Below, one piece after another: positions 1-9,667 of a stretch of DNA of 64,000 nucleotides. Each line of letters begins with the position of its first letter. Positions within the stretch are counted from its first letter, which is position 1. The translations under genes and the position numbers were made by a program. The notes under the pieces were generated by a model. It was given only the letters and a program-made list of their open reading frames with translations, had not been told where the DNA came from and did not search any database. Origin of the DNA: Candidatus Krumholzibacteriota bacterium (lineage in GTDB: Bacteria; Krumholzibacteriota; Krumholzibacteriia; JAJRXK01); NCBI GenBank assembly GCA_963806035.1, contig CAWDWO010000028.1, positions 20,403-84,402 of the forward strand, read 5' to 3'.

Positions 1-114
1 ACCGCCGAAGGGCACCGCGGGTTTGGATCGTTCGATGGTCAACGGATGTAAACGTTGCCCGCGTCCTCCAGCCAAAACCACGGCGAGAACCCTGGCTTCG
101 CGTTCCACGACCAT
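1..114 (-). CDS. glgC: Glucose-1-phosphate adenylyltransferase, N-terminal fragment (runs off window start)
   Basis: Manual translation from ATG at 114: [38 protein letters not shown], with the LAGGxGx[13 protein letters not shown] signature of ADP-glucose pyrophosphorylase. Purine-rich RBS (GAAGGGGG) upstream. Not in ORF track. Confidence 0.88.
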   Translation of the reverse strand, partial: MVVEREARVLAVVLAGGRGQRLHPLTIERSKPAVPFGG

Positions 115-179
115 GGATTTCCCCCTTCACAGCCTCTTGTTTCCACTTTGCCGACGAGTGTCAGTATAAGAAAGGCGCG

Positions 180-2192
180 TCAGTGACGCTCCATGAGGCG
201 ATTCAATTCCTCCCAGCGCTGCATCTTGGCGCTCAAGCTGGACTCGAAGCGGCCGGCGCTTTGAGCCGCCTTCGCCAAACCCGCGGAGTCGAGTTCTCCG
301 CTGCTCATGCGCTGGCTGAGAACTTCGAGCTCGGCCTCCAGCAGCGAGATCTCTTCTTCCAGATCTTGAATCTCGCGCCGGATTTTTCCTAGCTGGTTCT
401 TCGAGAGCTGCCCTTTGATGAGACCGGGCTGAAGCTGCAGCGGGGGGTCCTCTTGCTCGTCGCCGCGCGGGCTTGCACTCGGTGTGCCGGCGGAGGCCTT
501 CACGGACGCCTCTCCACCACGCGCCGAGTCGGCTCGCTCTTGCGCGCGCGCTTCCTCCTCTTCCCTGCGCTTGCGCCGGTAGTCGTCGTAGTTGCCCAGG
601 TAACGGCGCACTCCTCCCTGCGATCGGCCCGCGTCGATTCCTCCGCCGGTTTGGGTTTCGAAGGCGAAGATGTGATCGCAGATCCGGTTGAGGAAGTAGC
701 GGTCGTGGGAGACACAGATGAGGGTGCCCGGATAATGAACGAGGGCCTCCTCCAGCGCCTCGCGGCTGTCGGTATCCAGGTGGTTGGTGGGTTCATCCAA
801 AAGGATGGTGTTGTGCCGTTCGAAGATCAGATGCAAAAGAGAGAGCCGCGCCCGCTCGCCGCCGCTGAGGGAACGTACCGGCTGATCGATCATGTCCTCG
901 CCGAATCCAAATGCGGCCAGGAGCGAACGCAGGTCTCCGTCGCTGGCCAGGGGATCCAGAGAGCGGAGTTCACCGAGCACCGTGTTGCTGTCGTTGACCA
1001 GCGAGAGGTTTTGATCGTAGTAGCCCAAATCGGTGTTGTGACCCACGGTGACACTGCCGCGGCTGGGAACCAGTTCGCGGCTCAGGATTCGCAGTAGAGT
1101 GGTCTTGCCGGTTCCGTTGGGACCGATGATGCCCACCTTTTCTCCGCGCAGAATCTGGAATTCAAATCCCCAAAAGAGGGTCAGGTCTTCGAAGCGGTGA
1201 CCAAGGTTCTTCACCTCGAACACCACCTGTCCGCTCGGCCGCTTCGGATCCAGATCGAAATTGTACTGCCGCCCCTCGCTGGGGGGCGCCTCGATGCGCT
1301 GCAAGCGCTCCAGCTGCTTGCGGCGGCTCTTGGCCTGGTTGGTGCGCTGGCCCGCGATGTTCTTGCGGATGAAGGCCTCGGTCTTGGCGATCTGTTCTCT
1401 CTGGCGGCGGTACCGCGTCTCCCACTCGGATTTCTGTTCCTTCCACTGGCGCATGAACTTGGTGTAGGAGCCCTGAAAGCGATCGAGCCGGCCGTTGTAG
1501 AGGTGCAGGGTGTAACTGGTCGTGTTGTCCAGGAAGGCACGATCGTGAGAGATCGCGATGAGTGCGCCCTTGCGCGCGTTGAGAGCCTCCTCCAGCCATT
1601 CGCGCGCCTCGAGGTCGAGGTGGTTCGTGGGTTCGTCCAAAAGCAGCACGTCGTGCGAGGCCAGCATGACCGCCGCCAGCGCGGCCCGGCGTTTCTGCCC
1701 CCCGCTCAAGGTGCTCACCGACTGTTGAAAGCGGCTCTCGTCGAAGCCGAGTCCCATGAGCGTGGTCTCGCAGCGCGCCTGCATGGCGTAGCCGTCGGCC
1801 GCTTCGAAGCGTTCGTGCAGGCGTCCGTACTCTTCCAGGACTGCCTCGTCCTGCTCGCCCGCGCCCATCCGTTCAGAAAGTTCCTCGAGACGCCGTTCGG
1901 TTCTCAGCAACTCGGCGAAGGCGGCCGCGCGCACCGCATGCAGCAGCGGCTCCTCGCTTTCCAGTCGCGTGTCTTGGGTGAGGTAGCCCACGGACACGCG
2001 GGCAGCGCGCTGGACCTCGCCGCGGTGAGCCTGTAGTTCACCGGCCAAAAGCCGGATGAGGGTGCTCTTCCCCGCCCCGTTCACTCCGACCAAACCGTAG
2101 CGCTCACCCGGATTCAGAGTGAGGTTGGCGCCGTCCAGGATGACCTGCCGGCCGTAGTCGAAACTCAGATTTTGCAGAGTGATGAGGGACAC
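180..2192 (-). CDS. ABC-F family ATP-binding protein (Uup/YheS/YdiF-like) with C-terminal coiled coil
   Basis: Two ABC domains (GVNGAGKST, LSGGQ, LLLDEPTNHLD; GPNGTGKTT, LSGGE, LLDEPTNHLD) with an interdomain linker and no TM segments. Start taken at GTG 2192, just after the upstream gene's stop. Confidence 0.92.
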   Translation of the reverse strand: MSLITLQNLSFDYGRQVILDGANLTLNPGERYGLVGVNGAGKSTLIRLLAGELQAHRGEVQRAARVSVGYLTQDTRLESEEPLLHAVRAAAFAELLRTERRLEELSERMGAGEQDEAVLEEYGRLHERFEAADGYAMQARCETTLMGLGFDESRFQQSVSTLSGGQKRRAALAAVMLASHDVLLLDEPTNHLDLEAREWLEEALNARKGALIAISHDRAFLDNTTSYTLHLYNGRLDRFQGSYTKFMRQWKEQKSEWETRYRRQREQIAKTEAFIRKNIAGQRTNQAKSRRKQLERLQRIEAPPSEGRQYNFDLDPKRPSGQVVFEVKNLGHRFEDLTLFWGFEFQILRGEKVGIIGPNGTGKTTLLRILSRELVPSRGSVTVGHNTDLGYYDQNLSLVNDSNTVLGELRSLDPLASDGDLRSLLAAFGFGEDMIDQPVRSLSGGERARLSLLHLIFERHNTILLDEPTNHLDTDSREALEEALVHYPGTLICVSHDRYFLNRICDHIFAFETQTGGGIDAGRSQGGVRRYLGNYDDYRRKRREEEEARAQERADSARGGEASVKASAGTPSASPRGDEQEDPPLQLQPGLIKGQLSKNQLGKIRREIQDLEEEISLLEAELEVLSQRMSSGELDSAGLAKAAQSAGRFESSLSAKMQRWEELNRLMERH

Positions 2193-2197
2193 GACTC

Positions 2198-3334
2198 TCA
2201 GCTCATGCGGCGCTGCAACCACAGTCCGAAGAAGGGGTCGACGAAACGAATGTCGGCGCCGTCGCGATTGAGGATTTCACGCTCGGACAACACGCGCAGA
2301 TTTTTCGCCACGGTGCTGGGGGAGCCCAGTCCCAATCGTACCACCATTTTCTGGGAGTGCAGCTTTTCGGTGAAACCCTGGGCGATCGCCAGTGCCAGAG
2401 TCTTCTGATGGGCGGAGAGTTGATCCCACTGGAATTTGAAGGAGTAGGCCTGCCCCTCCAGCACGTGGGAGAGCGCGGCCTTGAGCTCCTCGCCGGTGGC
2501 AGTGCCGTTCTCCCGCGACTGTTCGAAGAGAGCGTGCGCCAGCATCTGCACGTAGTGCGGGATGGTATCGGCCAGGCGCAACAGCTCGTGCAACAGCGCG
2601 GGCTCGATGCTCACCCCGCATTCCACGAACAACTGTTCGAGCCCTTCCACCATGAGTTTTTCGGGCACTGGCGCAAGCCGCATGGACTCGGCCAGGCGAT
2701 AGAAGGGGCTGTGCGGCTCCTCGAAGAGGCGCTGGATCGTGGAATCCTTGCGCAGGACGAAGACATAACTCACGTGAATCTGTTTGCGCGCGGCCGTCGC
2801 CAGCTCCCGCAGCAAGCTGGGCTGCGCCACCGCGATGAGGTCTTCGAAATCGTCGAAGATGATGCAGAGAGGGCGACCGCTGCGTTTCTGCATCTCGGCC
2901 GGAACCTCGAAAATCCGGTCCATCAGGGCCTGGATGTCCCGCTCGCGATCCCACAGATCCAGTTGCAGGGCGGGACGGCCCTCACCACTGAGGGTGACCC
3001 GGGGGGAAAAATTGGGAATCAGCCGCCGCAACGCCTCCTGGGTGTCCTGCATGGTGCGCGAGGGACTCAGGGTGAGGGCCGAGGCGTAGAGCTCGGCGAA
3101 GCGGCGCGGATTCAGGGCGGGCAAGAGGTCGACGTAGGCCGTGTTCATCTCCCGCTGCGCCCCGTCCCGCGCCACCGCGGCCAGAAGACTGCTCTTTCCG
3201 ATGCCGCGCGGGGCGACCAGGGCCAGATTGCGAGCTTCGAGCAGAATGGCCAGGATTTTTTCGCGCTCGGCCTCGCGGTCGATGAGCAGGGCCTGGTCGA
3301 CGGGACTTCCGAAGCGAAAGGGGTTGGCGGGCAT
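2198..3334 (-). CDS. P-loop ATPase (archaeal-ATPase/AAA-like) with C-terminal winged-helix
   Basis: Starts NPFRFGSPV...DRExE; Walker A APRGIGKS; Walker B IIFDDF; C-terminal 'SPSTVAKNLRVL...FVDPFFGLWL' typical of this family. Start taken at ATG 3334. Confidence 0.75.
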   Translation of the reverse strand: MPANPFRFGSPVDQALLIDREAEREKILAILLEARNLALVAPRGIGKSSLLAAVARDGAQREMNTAYVDLLPALNPRRFAELYASALTLSPSRTMQDTQEALRRLIPNFSPRVTLSGEGRPALQLDLWDRERDIQALMDRIFEVPAEMQKRSGRPLCIIFDDFEDLIAVAQPSLLRELATAARKQIHVSYVFVLRKDSTIQRLFEEPHSPFYRLAESMRLAPVPEKLMVEGLEQLFVECGVSIEPALLHELLRLADTIPHYVQMLAHALFEQSRENGTATGEELKAALSHVLEGQAYSFKFQWDQLSAHQKTLALAIAQGFTEKLHSQKMVVRLGLGSPSTVAKNLRVLSEREILNRDGADIRFVDPFFGLWLQRRMS

Positions 3335-3453
3335 GAAGGCGATCCTCGGTCGAGCAGAGGGGAAGCAAGGCACGCTCTCACGCGGTCCAGAATCAGACTA
3401 CGATCTCTCACCCAGCGGCACTTTACCACTTGGTGTAATACCCGAAAAGATAC

Positions 3454-3482
3454 TTGCACCCCACTTGCCAGTAAAGTATACA
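3454..3482 (+). promoter_or_regulatory. Putative sigma70-type promoter for the downstream ncRNA candidate
   Basis: TTGCAC (3454-3459), 17-nt spacer, TATACA (3477-3482). The predicted start (~3489) coincides with the 5' end of the long hairpin. Confidence 0.45.
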
Positions 3483-3488
3483 TGGGCA

Positions 3489-3690
3489 TGATCCTGGGCG
3501 GTAGCATGGACAAGTTTCTTGTTCTTGCTGTCGATTGGTCGGACGGTGCGGATCGGGGGGCGTGGGGCACCCGGATTGCAGTGTCCTTCACCACGGTCTC
3601 TGGGCAATTGCCCGTCGGATACCGGTTCGCCGGTGACCCCCGTGGCTTGAACGAAGAGCAGAGGCTGAGGGCAGCCTACCGCCAGGATCA
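3489..3690 (+). ncRNA. Structured ~200-nt non-coding RNA, candidate 6S RNA
   Basis: 5' end TGATCCTGG(G)CGGTAG (3489-3504) pairs with 3' end CTACCGCCAGGATCA (3676-3690). Nested helices: 3515-3526/3654-3664, 3542-3546/3612-3616, 3561-3570/3581-3595. UUCG hairpin at 3621-3634. G-U pairs favour the + strand. Promoter before and terminator after. Confidence 0.55.
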
Positions 3691-3740
3691 CTGGATTACC
3701 GCAAAACGGTGAACGTGGTTAGCCGAACGGTGATCGAACG

Positions 3741-3777
3741 AGAAGGGGGCTTTCGGGCCCCCTTCTTCTTTGGGTTT
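3741..3777 (+). terminator. Intrinsic terminator (possibly bidirectional)
   Basis: AGAAGGGGGC-T-TTCG-G-GCCCCCTTCT stem-loop followed by a T-rich tract; lies between the ncRNA candidate and the convergent phosphoesterase gene. Confidence 0.8.
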
Positions 3778-3810
3778 CTGTCGCGTTCGTGCCTTCGCAG
3801 CGGGCCGCAG

Positions 3811-4527
3811 CTAGCGGCCGTCTCTCAATCTCTGCCAGGAATATTCCGGAAGACCCGCCTCCTGATAGGCGGCGACCGTTTCCTCGATGTCATACTCCAG
3901 ACGGATCTGGTCGAGGCGCGCCTCCGCGGTATCCACCACGCAGTAGGCGCTGCGATTGTCGCGGTCGCGCGGCTGCCCGACGCTTCCGGGGTTGATGAGG
4001 TAACGGCGCTCGTACTCCAGCTTGACGTTTTCCCTGGGGCCCGCCATCAGACGGTCCCCGTCATGAACGAACTGCAGGTGCGAGTGGCCGCAGAAGGTCA
4101 GCCAGTAGCGGGCATGGCTCAGCATTCCCTCGATCTGGGGCAGGAAAATGAGATACTCGTCACGATCTTCCGGGGAACCGTGCGAGAGCTGGATTTCCTC
4201 CCCGATCACCATGGTGGGTTCCAGGGTCTTGAGGAACTCGAATTGCTCGGGGCTGACCGCGCCGCGGCTGTATTCGATGGCGATCCGGGCGAACTCGTTG
4301 AAGCGCCCCGCGGTAGGCGCGTTCAGGAGGGCCGCTTCGTGGTTTCCCTGCAGGATCCGGCAGTCCAGCTCGCGCAGCAGATCGAGGCACTCCCCGGGAT
4401 GGGGACCGTAGCCCACGACGTCGCCCAGGCAGGCGTATCCGTCCACCTCGCGCGTGGCGGCATCCTGGAGTACGGTCCTGAGGGCGGCGAGATTGCCGTG
4501 GACATCAGCCAAAACGCACAGACGCAT
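3811..4527 (-). CDS. Calcineurin-like metallophosphoesterase family protein
   Basis: Motifs DVHGN, CLGDVVGYG, GNHE, HGSP, GHSH, NPGSVGQPRD. Confidence 0.9.
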   Translation of the reverse strand: MRLCVLADVHGNLAALRTVLQDAATREVDGYACLGDVVGYGPHPGECLDLLRELDCRILQGNHEAALLNAPTAGRFNEFARIAIEYSRGAVSPEQFEFLKTLEPTMVIGEEIQLSHGSPEDRDEYLIFLPQIEGMLSHARYWLTFCGHSHLQFVHDGDRLMAGPRENVKLEYERRYLINPGSVGQPRDRDNRSAYCVVDTAEARLDQIRLEYDIEETVAAYQEAGLPEYSWQRLRDGR

Positions 4528-4636
4528 GCGGGTACGACCTTTCGAGGATGAGCGTGATTCTGCCAAGAAAGTACCATACCAAGGCCGGGCCCGCCCCCGC
4601 GAAAGCGGCACGGGGCTTGCCCTTTCCCCTAAAGAA

Positions 4637-5377
4637 ATGACTCCCCTCCTCATCGCTCACCGAGGCGATAGCGCCCACGCACCCGAGAACACCATGCCTG
4701 CGTTCGAGCAAGCGATTCGCAAGGGTGCGGATTGGATCGAAATGGACCTGACGCTGACGCGCGACGGGGAAGTCGTGGTGAGTCATGATTTCAGCCTGTG
4801 GCGCCGCGCCCGCTCGCGCCGCCGTCTGGACGATCTGAGCCTCGCGGAATTGGGCCGGGTCGATGTGTCGCGCGGATTTCCCGCCTTCTCACCCACCGCG
4901 GTCCCGCGCCTGCGGGAGGTGCTGGCCGTGATCGGAGCGCGCGTGCCCCTGTACCTGGAACTCAAGTCTGAAGGCGGTGGGCGCCGCCGCGCGGCAAATC
5001 GTCAGCTGCTTCGGCGCTGCCTCGAGCTGCTTCCAGCTTCCTCCGCGCACGCACTGGCTTCCTTCGACACCGGGCTGGTGAGGGGTGCCTTGCAAGCCGG
5101 GCGTCGCGCCATTCTGATCCTCTCCGACCCCGTCGCGCTCACCCGGCTGAGTGCAAGCGAAGGTCGCGCCCTCTACGCAGTGAGCGCTCGGCAGGACCGC
5201 CTGACGGATCCCTTCGTGAAAAGGATCCGCGAGGAGGGTCAGAGAATCTGGACCTGGACCGTGGACAGCGAACGCGAGCTCCTGCGCGCCCTGGAGCTGG
5301 GCGCATCGGGCATCTGCGGCAACGACGTGGCTCGCTTGCGGGCCGCGCTCACGCGACACGCGGGAGATTCGAGATGA
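4637..5377 (+). CDS. Glycerophosphodiester phosphodiesterase (GDPD/UgpQ family)
   Basis: IAHRG...APENTMPAF, IEMDL.LTRDG.VVVSHD, ELK, WTVD motifs; overlaps glpD start (ATGA). Confidence 0.9.
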   Translation: MTPLLIAHRGDSAHAPENTMPAFEQAIRKGADWIEMDLTLTRDGEVVVSHDFSLWRRARSRRRLDDLSLAELGRVDVSRGFPAFSPTAVPRLREVLAVIGARVPLYLELKSEGGGRRRAANRQLLRRCLELLPASSAHALASFDTGLVRGALQAGRRAILILSDPVALTRLSASEGRALYAVSARQDRLTDPFVKRIREEGQRIWTWTVDSERELLRALELGASGICGNDVARLRAALTRHAGDSR

Positions 5378-6939
5378 GCGCGCGAGACATCAGCGAACTC
5401 ACGGGAAGGCGATTCGATCTGATCGTGGTGGGCGGAGGAATCGCCGGCTGTGGAATCGCGCGCGACGCCGCGCTGCGCGGCCTCTCGGTCCTGCTCGTCG
5501 AGAAGGACGACTTCGCGGCCGCCACGAGCAGCGCGAGTTCCAAGTTGGCGCACGGCGGCCTGCGCTACCTCGAGTACCTCCGCTTCGGCTTGGTGCGGGA
5601 GAGTCTTCACGAGCGTGAAACTTTGCTGCACATCGCGCCCCATCTCGTGCGGCCGCTCCCCTTCCTGCTGCCGGTCTACCGCAACTCGGGGCGTCCACTC
5701 TGGAAACTGCGCGCCGGTCTCTTTCTCTATGAACTTCTCCAGGGCGGCATGAGTCTGGGCCGCCACCGTCTCTTGAAGCCCGAAGAGATCGCGGCCGAAG
5801 AACCAGAGCTGCAAACCAAGGGACTCAAGGGCGGCTTCCACTTTCACGACGCGCAGATGAATGACGCACGGCTGGTCCTGGAGAATGCGCTCGACGCGCA
5901 GGCCCACGGGGCCGTGCTCTTGAGTCGCGTGGAATGCAGGGACCTGCTGGTGCGCGAGGGCCGCGTCACGGGAGTGCACTTGCGTGACCTTCTGGGGAGC
6001 GAAAGCGTGCAGGTGGAAGCGAGTGTCGTGGTGAACGCGGCGGGACCCTGGTACGCCCGCGTTCTCGGCATGCAGAAACTCACGGAGGGTCCCAAGCCCC
6101 GTCTGAGTCGCGGTACCCACATCGTCATTCCCCCCATCACCCAGGGCCACGGAATACTTCTGCAATCGAGGCAGGACCGGCGCGTTCTCTTCGCGCTGCC
6201 CTGGAAGGGTCAGACCCTGGTCGGAACCACGGAAATCGAACATCAGAAGAGCCCGGAGGAGCTGACGGTCCCCGCTGAGGACGTCGAATACCTGTTGCGG
6301 GAGGTCGACAGCTACTTTCCCGCCAAGGACAAGAGCAAGCGAAGAGTCCTCTCCTCTTTCGTGGGGCTGCGCACCCTGCTCCCCGGCAGCGCCGAACTGG
6401 GAGAGGTGAGCCGCGAGGCGCAAGTGCGCGAAGAGGCCCCCGGACTGGTGTGCGTGCTGGGCGGGAAGTTCACCACCTATCGCGCGGTGGCCGAGCGCGC
6501 CGTCGACCTGATCACGCTCTTGATCGAGGCGAATACGAAGACACCCTGCCGAACGGCAGAGCTGGCGCTACCCGGCGGCGAGATCCCCGAAATGAATGAC
6601 TACTTCCGCGTGGCCGAGGATCTCCTGGTGCGCGAAACCAAACTGCCACTCCCGACCTTGCGTTACCTTCTGGGCACCTACGGCAGTCGGCACACCAGCA
6701 TTCTGAAGTTGATTCGCGAGCACCCCGAATGGGCCGAGCCCTTGGAGAAGGACTTGCCCTTCACCGTGGCCGAAGTCGTTCATGCGGTGCGGCACGAGCA
6801 CGCCCTCAGCGTGGAAGATCTCATTTGGCGCCGAACCTGGAGGGCCCACCTGGGGCCTCTGGACGATGCCGCGGCCGAGCGCTGGGAAGCGGCACTCAAA
6901 GAGGGACTGCAGGGGAAGCCGCGCCGCATTTTGGTGTAG
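5374..6939 (+). CDS. glpD: FAD-dependent glycerol-3-phosphate dehydrogenase
   Basis: DLIVVGGGIAGCGIARDAALRGL, TSSASSKLAHGGLRYLE, GGKFTTYRAVAE motifs. Confidence 0.92.
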   Translation: MSARDISELTGRRFDLIVVGGGIAGCGIARDAALRGLSVLLVEKDDFAAATSSASSKLAHGGLRYLEYLRFGLVRESLHERETLLHIAPHLVRPLPFLLPVYRNSGRPLWKLRAGLFLYELLQGGMSLGRHRLLKPEEIAAEEPELQTKGLKGGFHFHDAQMNDARLVLENALDAQAHGAVLLSRVECRDLLVREGRVTGVHLRDLLGSESVQVEASVVVNAAGPWYARVLGMQKLTEGPKPRLSRGTHIVIPPITQGHGILLQSRQDRRVLFALPWKGQTLVGTTEIEHQKSPEELTVPAEDVEYLLREVDSYFPAKDKSKRRVLSSFVGLRTLLPGSAELGEVSREAQVREEAPGLVCVLGGKFTTYRAVAERAVDLITLLIEANTKTPCRTAELALPGGEIPEMNDYFRVAEDLLVRETKLPLPTLRYLLGTYGSRHTSILKLIREHPEWAEPLEKDLPFTVAEVVHAVRHEHALSVEDLIWRRTWRAHLGPLDDAAAERWEAALKEGLQGKPRRILV

Positions 6940-6999
6940 CGACTCGTTTCGATCCGCGTCCACCAGCCTGGCGCGGCGGAGTTCGCGCAAGACCCGCTT

Positions 7000-7779
7000 T
7001 CAGATGCTCCTCATCCGGCCGCCGTCGATCGCGATGCTCTGACCGCGCAGATAGGCCGCTTCGGGAGACGCGAGGTAGGCGATGAGTTCGCCGAGTTCAC
7101 TCGGCTGCGCCAGCCTGCCCTCGGGAATCTGCGCCAACCACTCGCGCTCGATCTCCTCTTCCCCGACTCCTCTGGAGCGCGCCAGGGCCGTCTTGAGCTC
7201 GGCAAGCCGCTCGGTGTCGGTGTAACCCGGAAGCACGTTGTTGATCGTCACGCCCGCCGGTAACTCCCGGCTGACAGACTTCGCCCAACCCGCCATGGCG
7301 GCTCGCGTGGTGTTGCTCACGCCGAGCTGCGGAATGGGTTCGTAGACCGAAGTCGAGATCACGTTGATCACGCGCCCAAAACCCTCGGCGCGCATCCCGG
7401 GCAGGCAGATCTGCAGAAGCAGGTGTGAGGCGAGAACGTGCCGCGCGAACGCGCGCAGAAAATCCTCGGGGCCGGCGTCCAGGATGGGCCCCATGGGCGG
7501 GCCACCCGTGTTGTTCAAGAGGATGTGTATGGGACCGTGCTGACCCAGGTGCTCGCGCAGTTTTGCCTCGAGGCTCTCGCGATCGTCGAGATCCGCGACG
7601 AGCACCTCCACCGCGCTCGCGCCCTCACGCTCGAGTTGGCGCGCCAATTCCGAAAGGACCGCCTCACGCCGCGAGAGAACTGTCAGTGCGTGTCCGCGCC
7701 GGGCCAGGGCCATCGCCGCGGCCCGGCCGATTCCCATGCTTGCCCCGCAGATGAGCCCGTGGTGCTTCTTCGATCCCAT
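7000..7779 (-). CDS. Short-chain dehydrogenase/reductase (FabG-like)
   Basis: GASMGIG Rossmann motif, NNTGGP, PGYTDTERL, IDGG C-terminus. The usual YxxxK is replaced by SNTTR, as in one SDR subgroup. Confidence 0.88.
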   Translation of the reverse strand: MGSKKHHGLICGASMGIGRAAAMALARRGHALTVLSRREAVLSELARQLEREGASAVEVLVADLDDRESLEAKLREHLGQHGPIHILLNNTGGPPMGPILDAGPEDFLRAFARHVLASHLLLQICLPGMRAEGFGRVINVISTSVYEPIPQLGVSNTTRAAMAGWAKSVSRELPAGVTINNVLPGYTDTERLAELKTALARSRGVGEEEIEREWLAQIPEGRLAQPSELGELIAYLASPEAAYLRGQSIAIDGGRMRSI

Positions 7780-8002
7780 GCCTCGCTCGCTTTCGGCAGT
7801 GGTACGCGGTGGGCGCACCGTGGCGGCCCTCTCTGCTTCCGGCCCCGAGGCCGGGCAGCTCGTGGTGAAGGACTGAGCTTAGACCCTCGTCGATTTCGAC
7901 TCCAGCCTTTGTGGAACTCTCTCGCATCGCATGCTGTATCCTGTTATGATTCTTGCCGCTGATTGGGCTCCGCTTTGCACCACTTCGTTTGCAGGTCGGC
8001 CA

Positions 8003-9667
8003 GTGGGAACGTCCCCCGAATACCTTGAACTCCTGAAGCAATATCGCGCCCTCGAAGAACGAATCGCCGAGCTCAAGGACTTCAAGCACAAGCACGAAGC
8101 GAGTGAACGCGCCCTTCGCGAGAGCGAAGAGAAGTTTCGCCTCATTTCCGAACAGTCGATGATCGCGATCTCCGTCATTCAGGACGGTGCTTTCAGGTAT
8201 TGCAACGAGACCTTCCTGAACCTGGTCGAGTATCCCCTGGAAGAGATTCGCGAAATGAAAAGCCTGGAGAACATCGCGCGGCTCATTCATCCCGACGACC
8301 GGGAATTCGTCATCGAGCAGATCAGTCGCAAGATGCAAGGTGACAAGGACGTCGTCACGAACTACCCCATGCGTCTCCTCACCTCCTCGAACAAGACGCG
8401 CTGGGTGGAAATTTACTCGAAGACCGTGTTCTTTCAGGGCCGTCCCGCCGACCTCGTCACGATGACGGACATCAGTACGCGCAAGCAGGCCGAGGAAGAG
8501 CGCGCCAGCCTCCAGGCCCAGGTCTTCCATGCGCAGAAATTGGAGAGCCTGGGGGTTTTCACCGGCGGTATCGCGCACGATTTCAACAATCTCCTCAGCA
8601 GCATCCTGGGAAGCGCCGAGCTCGCGCTGCGTGAGCTTCCCGCCGACGATCCGACGCGCACGCACATGGAGGAGATTCACCGCGCCGCCGAGCACGGCAC
8701 CGAACTCTGTCAGCAGATGTTGGCCTATGCGGGGAAGGCGGCGCCCCAACGTGGTCCGATCGACCTCATCGAGCTCATCCGCGAAATGGACCGGCTCTTT
8801 AGAATCTCCATCTCGCGCGAGATCGAGCTGCAGGTTCAAGCCCCGCCATCGCTGCCCGCGATCGAGGGGGACGCGAGCCAGATCCGGCAGATCGTTCTCA
8901 ACCTGATCATCAACGCTTCCGAGGCATCCGAGGGTCGGAAAGGAACGATCGTCATCCGCATGGGAGAGGAGTTCTGTGAAGAAAGGGAACTGAGTACTCC
9001 CTGGTTGAATCAGGATCTGCCGGCCGGGGACTACGTCTATCTGGAGGTGGAAGACACCGGAAAGGGCATGGACCAAGCCACCATGCTGCGCGTGTTCGAC
9101 CCCTTCTTCTCGACCAAGTTCGCCGGACGCGGCCTCGGTCTGGCGTCGACCCTAGGCATCATCAAGGAGCACCGGGGAAGCATTCGGGTCGAAAGCGCTC
9201 TGGGCAAGGGCACCAAGTTCCACGTCAGCTTTCCCGCCGCCAAAGCGGAGGTCGCCTCGAAGCCGCCGGAGATCACGCACGAATGGGAGGGAAGCGGACT
9301 GGTTCTGCTCATCGAGGACGAGGAATCGGTGCGCGCGGTCACCCGTCGCCTTCTCGAGAGTCTGGGCCTTCAGGTCGAGACGGCAAGCGACGGCGTGGAG
9401 GGCCTGCAGAAGTTCTCCGAGCGGCCGGAGGCCTTTCGGCTCGTCATCGCGGACATGATCATGCCGCAACTCGGTGGCGAAGAGGTTCTCGAGGAGATTC
9501 GCGCGCGCCGAAGCGACTTGCCCGTCCTCTTGACCAGCGGCTTCAGCGAAGCGGAAGCGGTCCGCACTCCCGCGCGCGATCCGCTGACCGAGTTCTTGCC
9601 CAAACCCTTCGGTCTGAACGAGCTGCGCAAGTATCTCGATCGCCTTCTGGATCTGAGCAAGAGCTAG
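8003..9667 (+). CDS. PAS-domain hybrid sensor histidine kinase/response regulator (CckA-like architecture)
   Basis: PAS (IHPDDR), H-box GGIAHDFNNLL, N-box NLIINA, G-boxes DTGKGM / PFFSTKFAGRGLGL, receiver (LIEDE, DMIMP, FLPKPF). Start uncertain (ORF opens at 7931). Confidence 0.92.
   Translation: MGTSPEYLELLKQYRALEERIAELKDFKHKHEASERALRESEEKFRLISEQSMIAISVIQDGAFRYCNETFLNLVEYPLEEIREMKSLENIARLIHPDDREFVIEQISRKMQGDKDVVTNYPMRLLTSSNKTRWVEIYSKTVFFQGRPADLVTMTDISTRKQAEEERASLQAQVFHAQKLESLGVFTGGIAHDFNNLLSSILGSAELALRELPADDPTRTHMEEIHRAAEHGTELCQQMLAYAGKAAPQRGPIDLIELIREMDRLFRISISREIELQVQAPPSLPAIEGDASQIRQIVLNLIINASEASEGRKGTIVIRMGEEFCEERELSTPWLNQDLPAGDYVYLEVEDTGKGMDQATMLRVFDPFFSTKFAGRGLGLASTLGIIKEHRGSIRVESALGKGTKFHVSFPAAKAEVASKPPEITHEWEGSGLVLLIEDEESVRAVTRRLLESLGLQVETASDGVEGLQKFSERPEAFRLVIADMIMPQLGGEEVLEEIRARRSDLPVLLTSGFSEAEAVRTPARDPLTEFLPKPFGLNELRKYLDRLLDLSKS

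Noticed and set aside
2198..3334. ATPase as an anti-phage STAND/AVAST-type defence gene
   Set aside because: No effector domain, TPR array or neighbouring defence gene; it sits in a run with ABC-F and glgC.
3506..3712. 68-codon ORF MDKFLVLAVDW... (tail of ORF 2357..3712)
   Set aside because: No recognisable motif, and the region is better explained by extensive RNA base-pairing. Not fully excluded.
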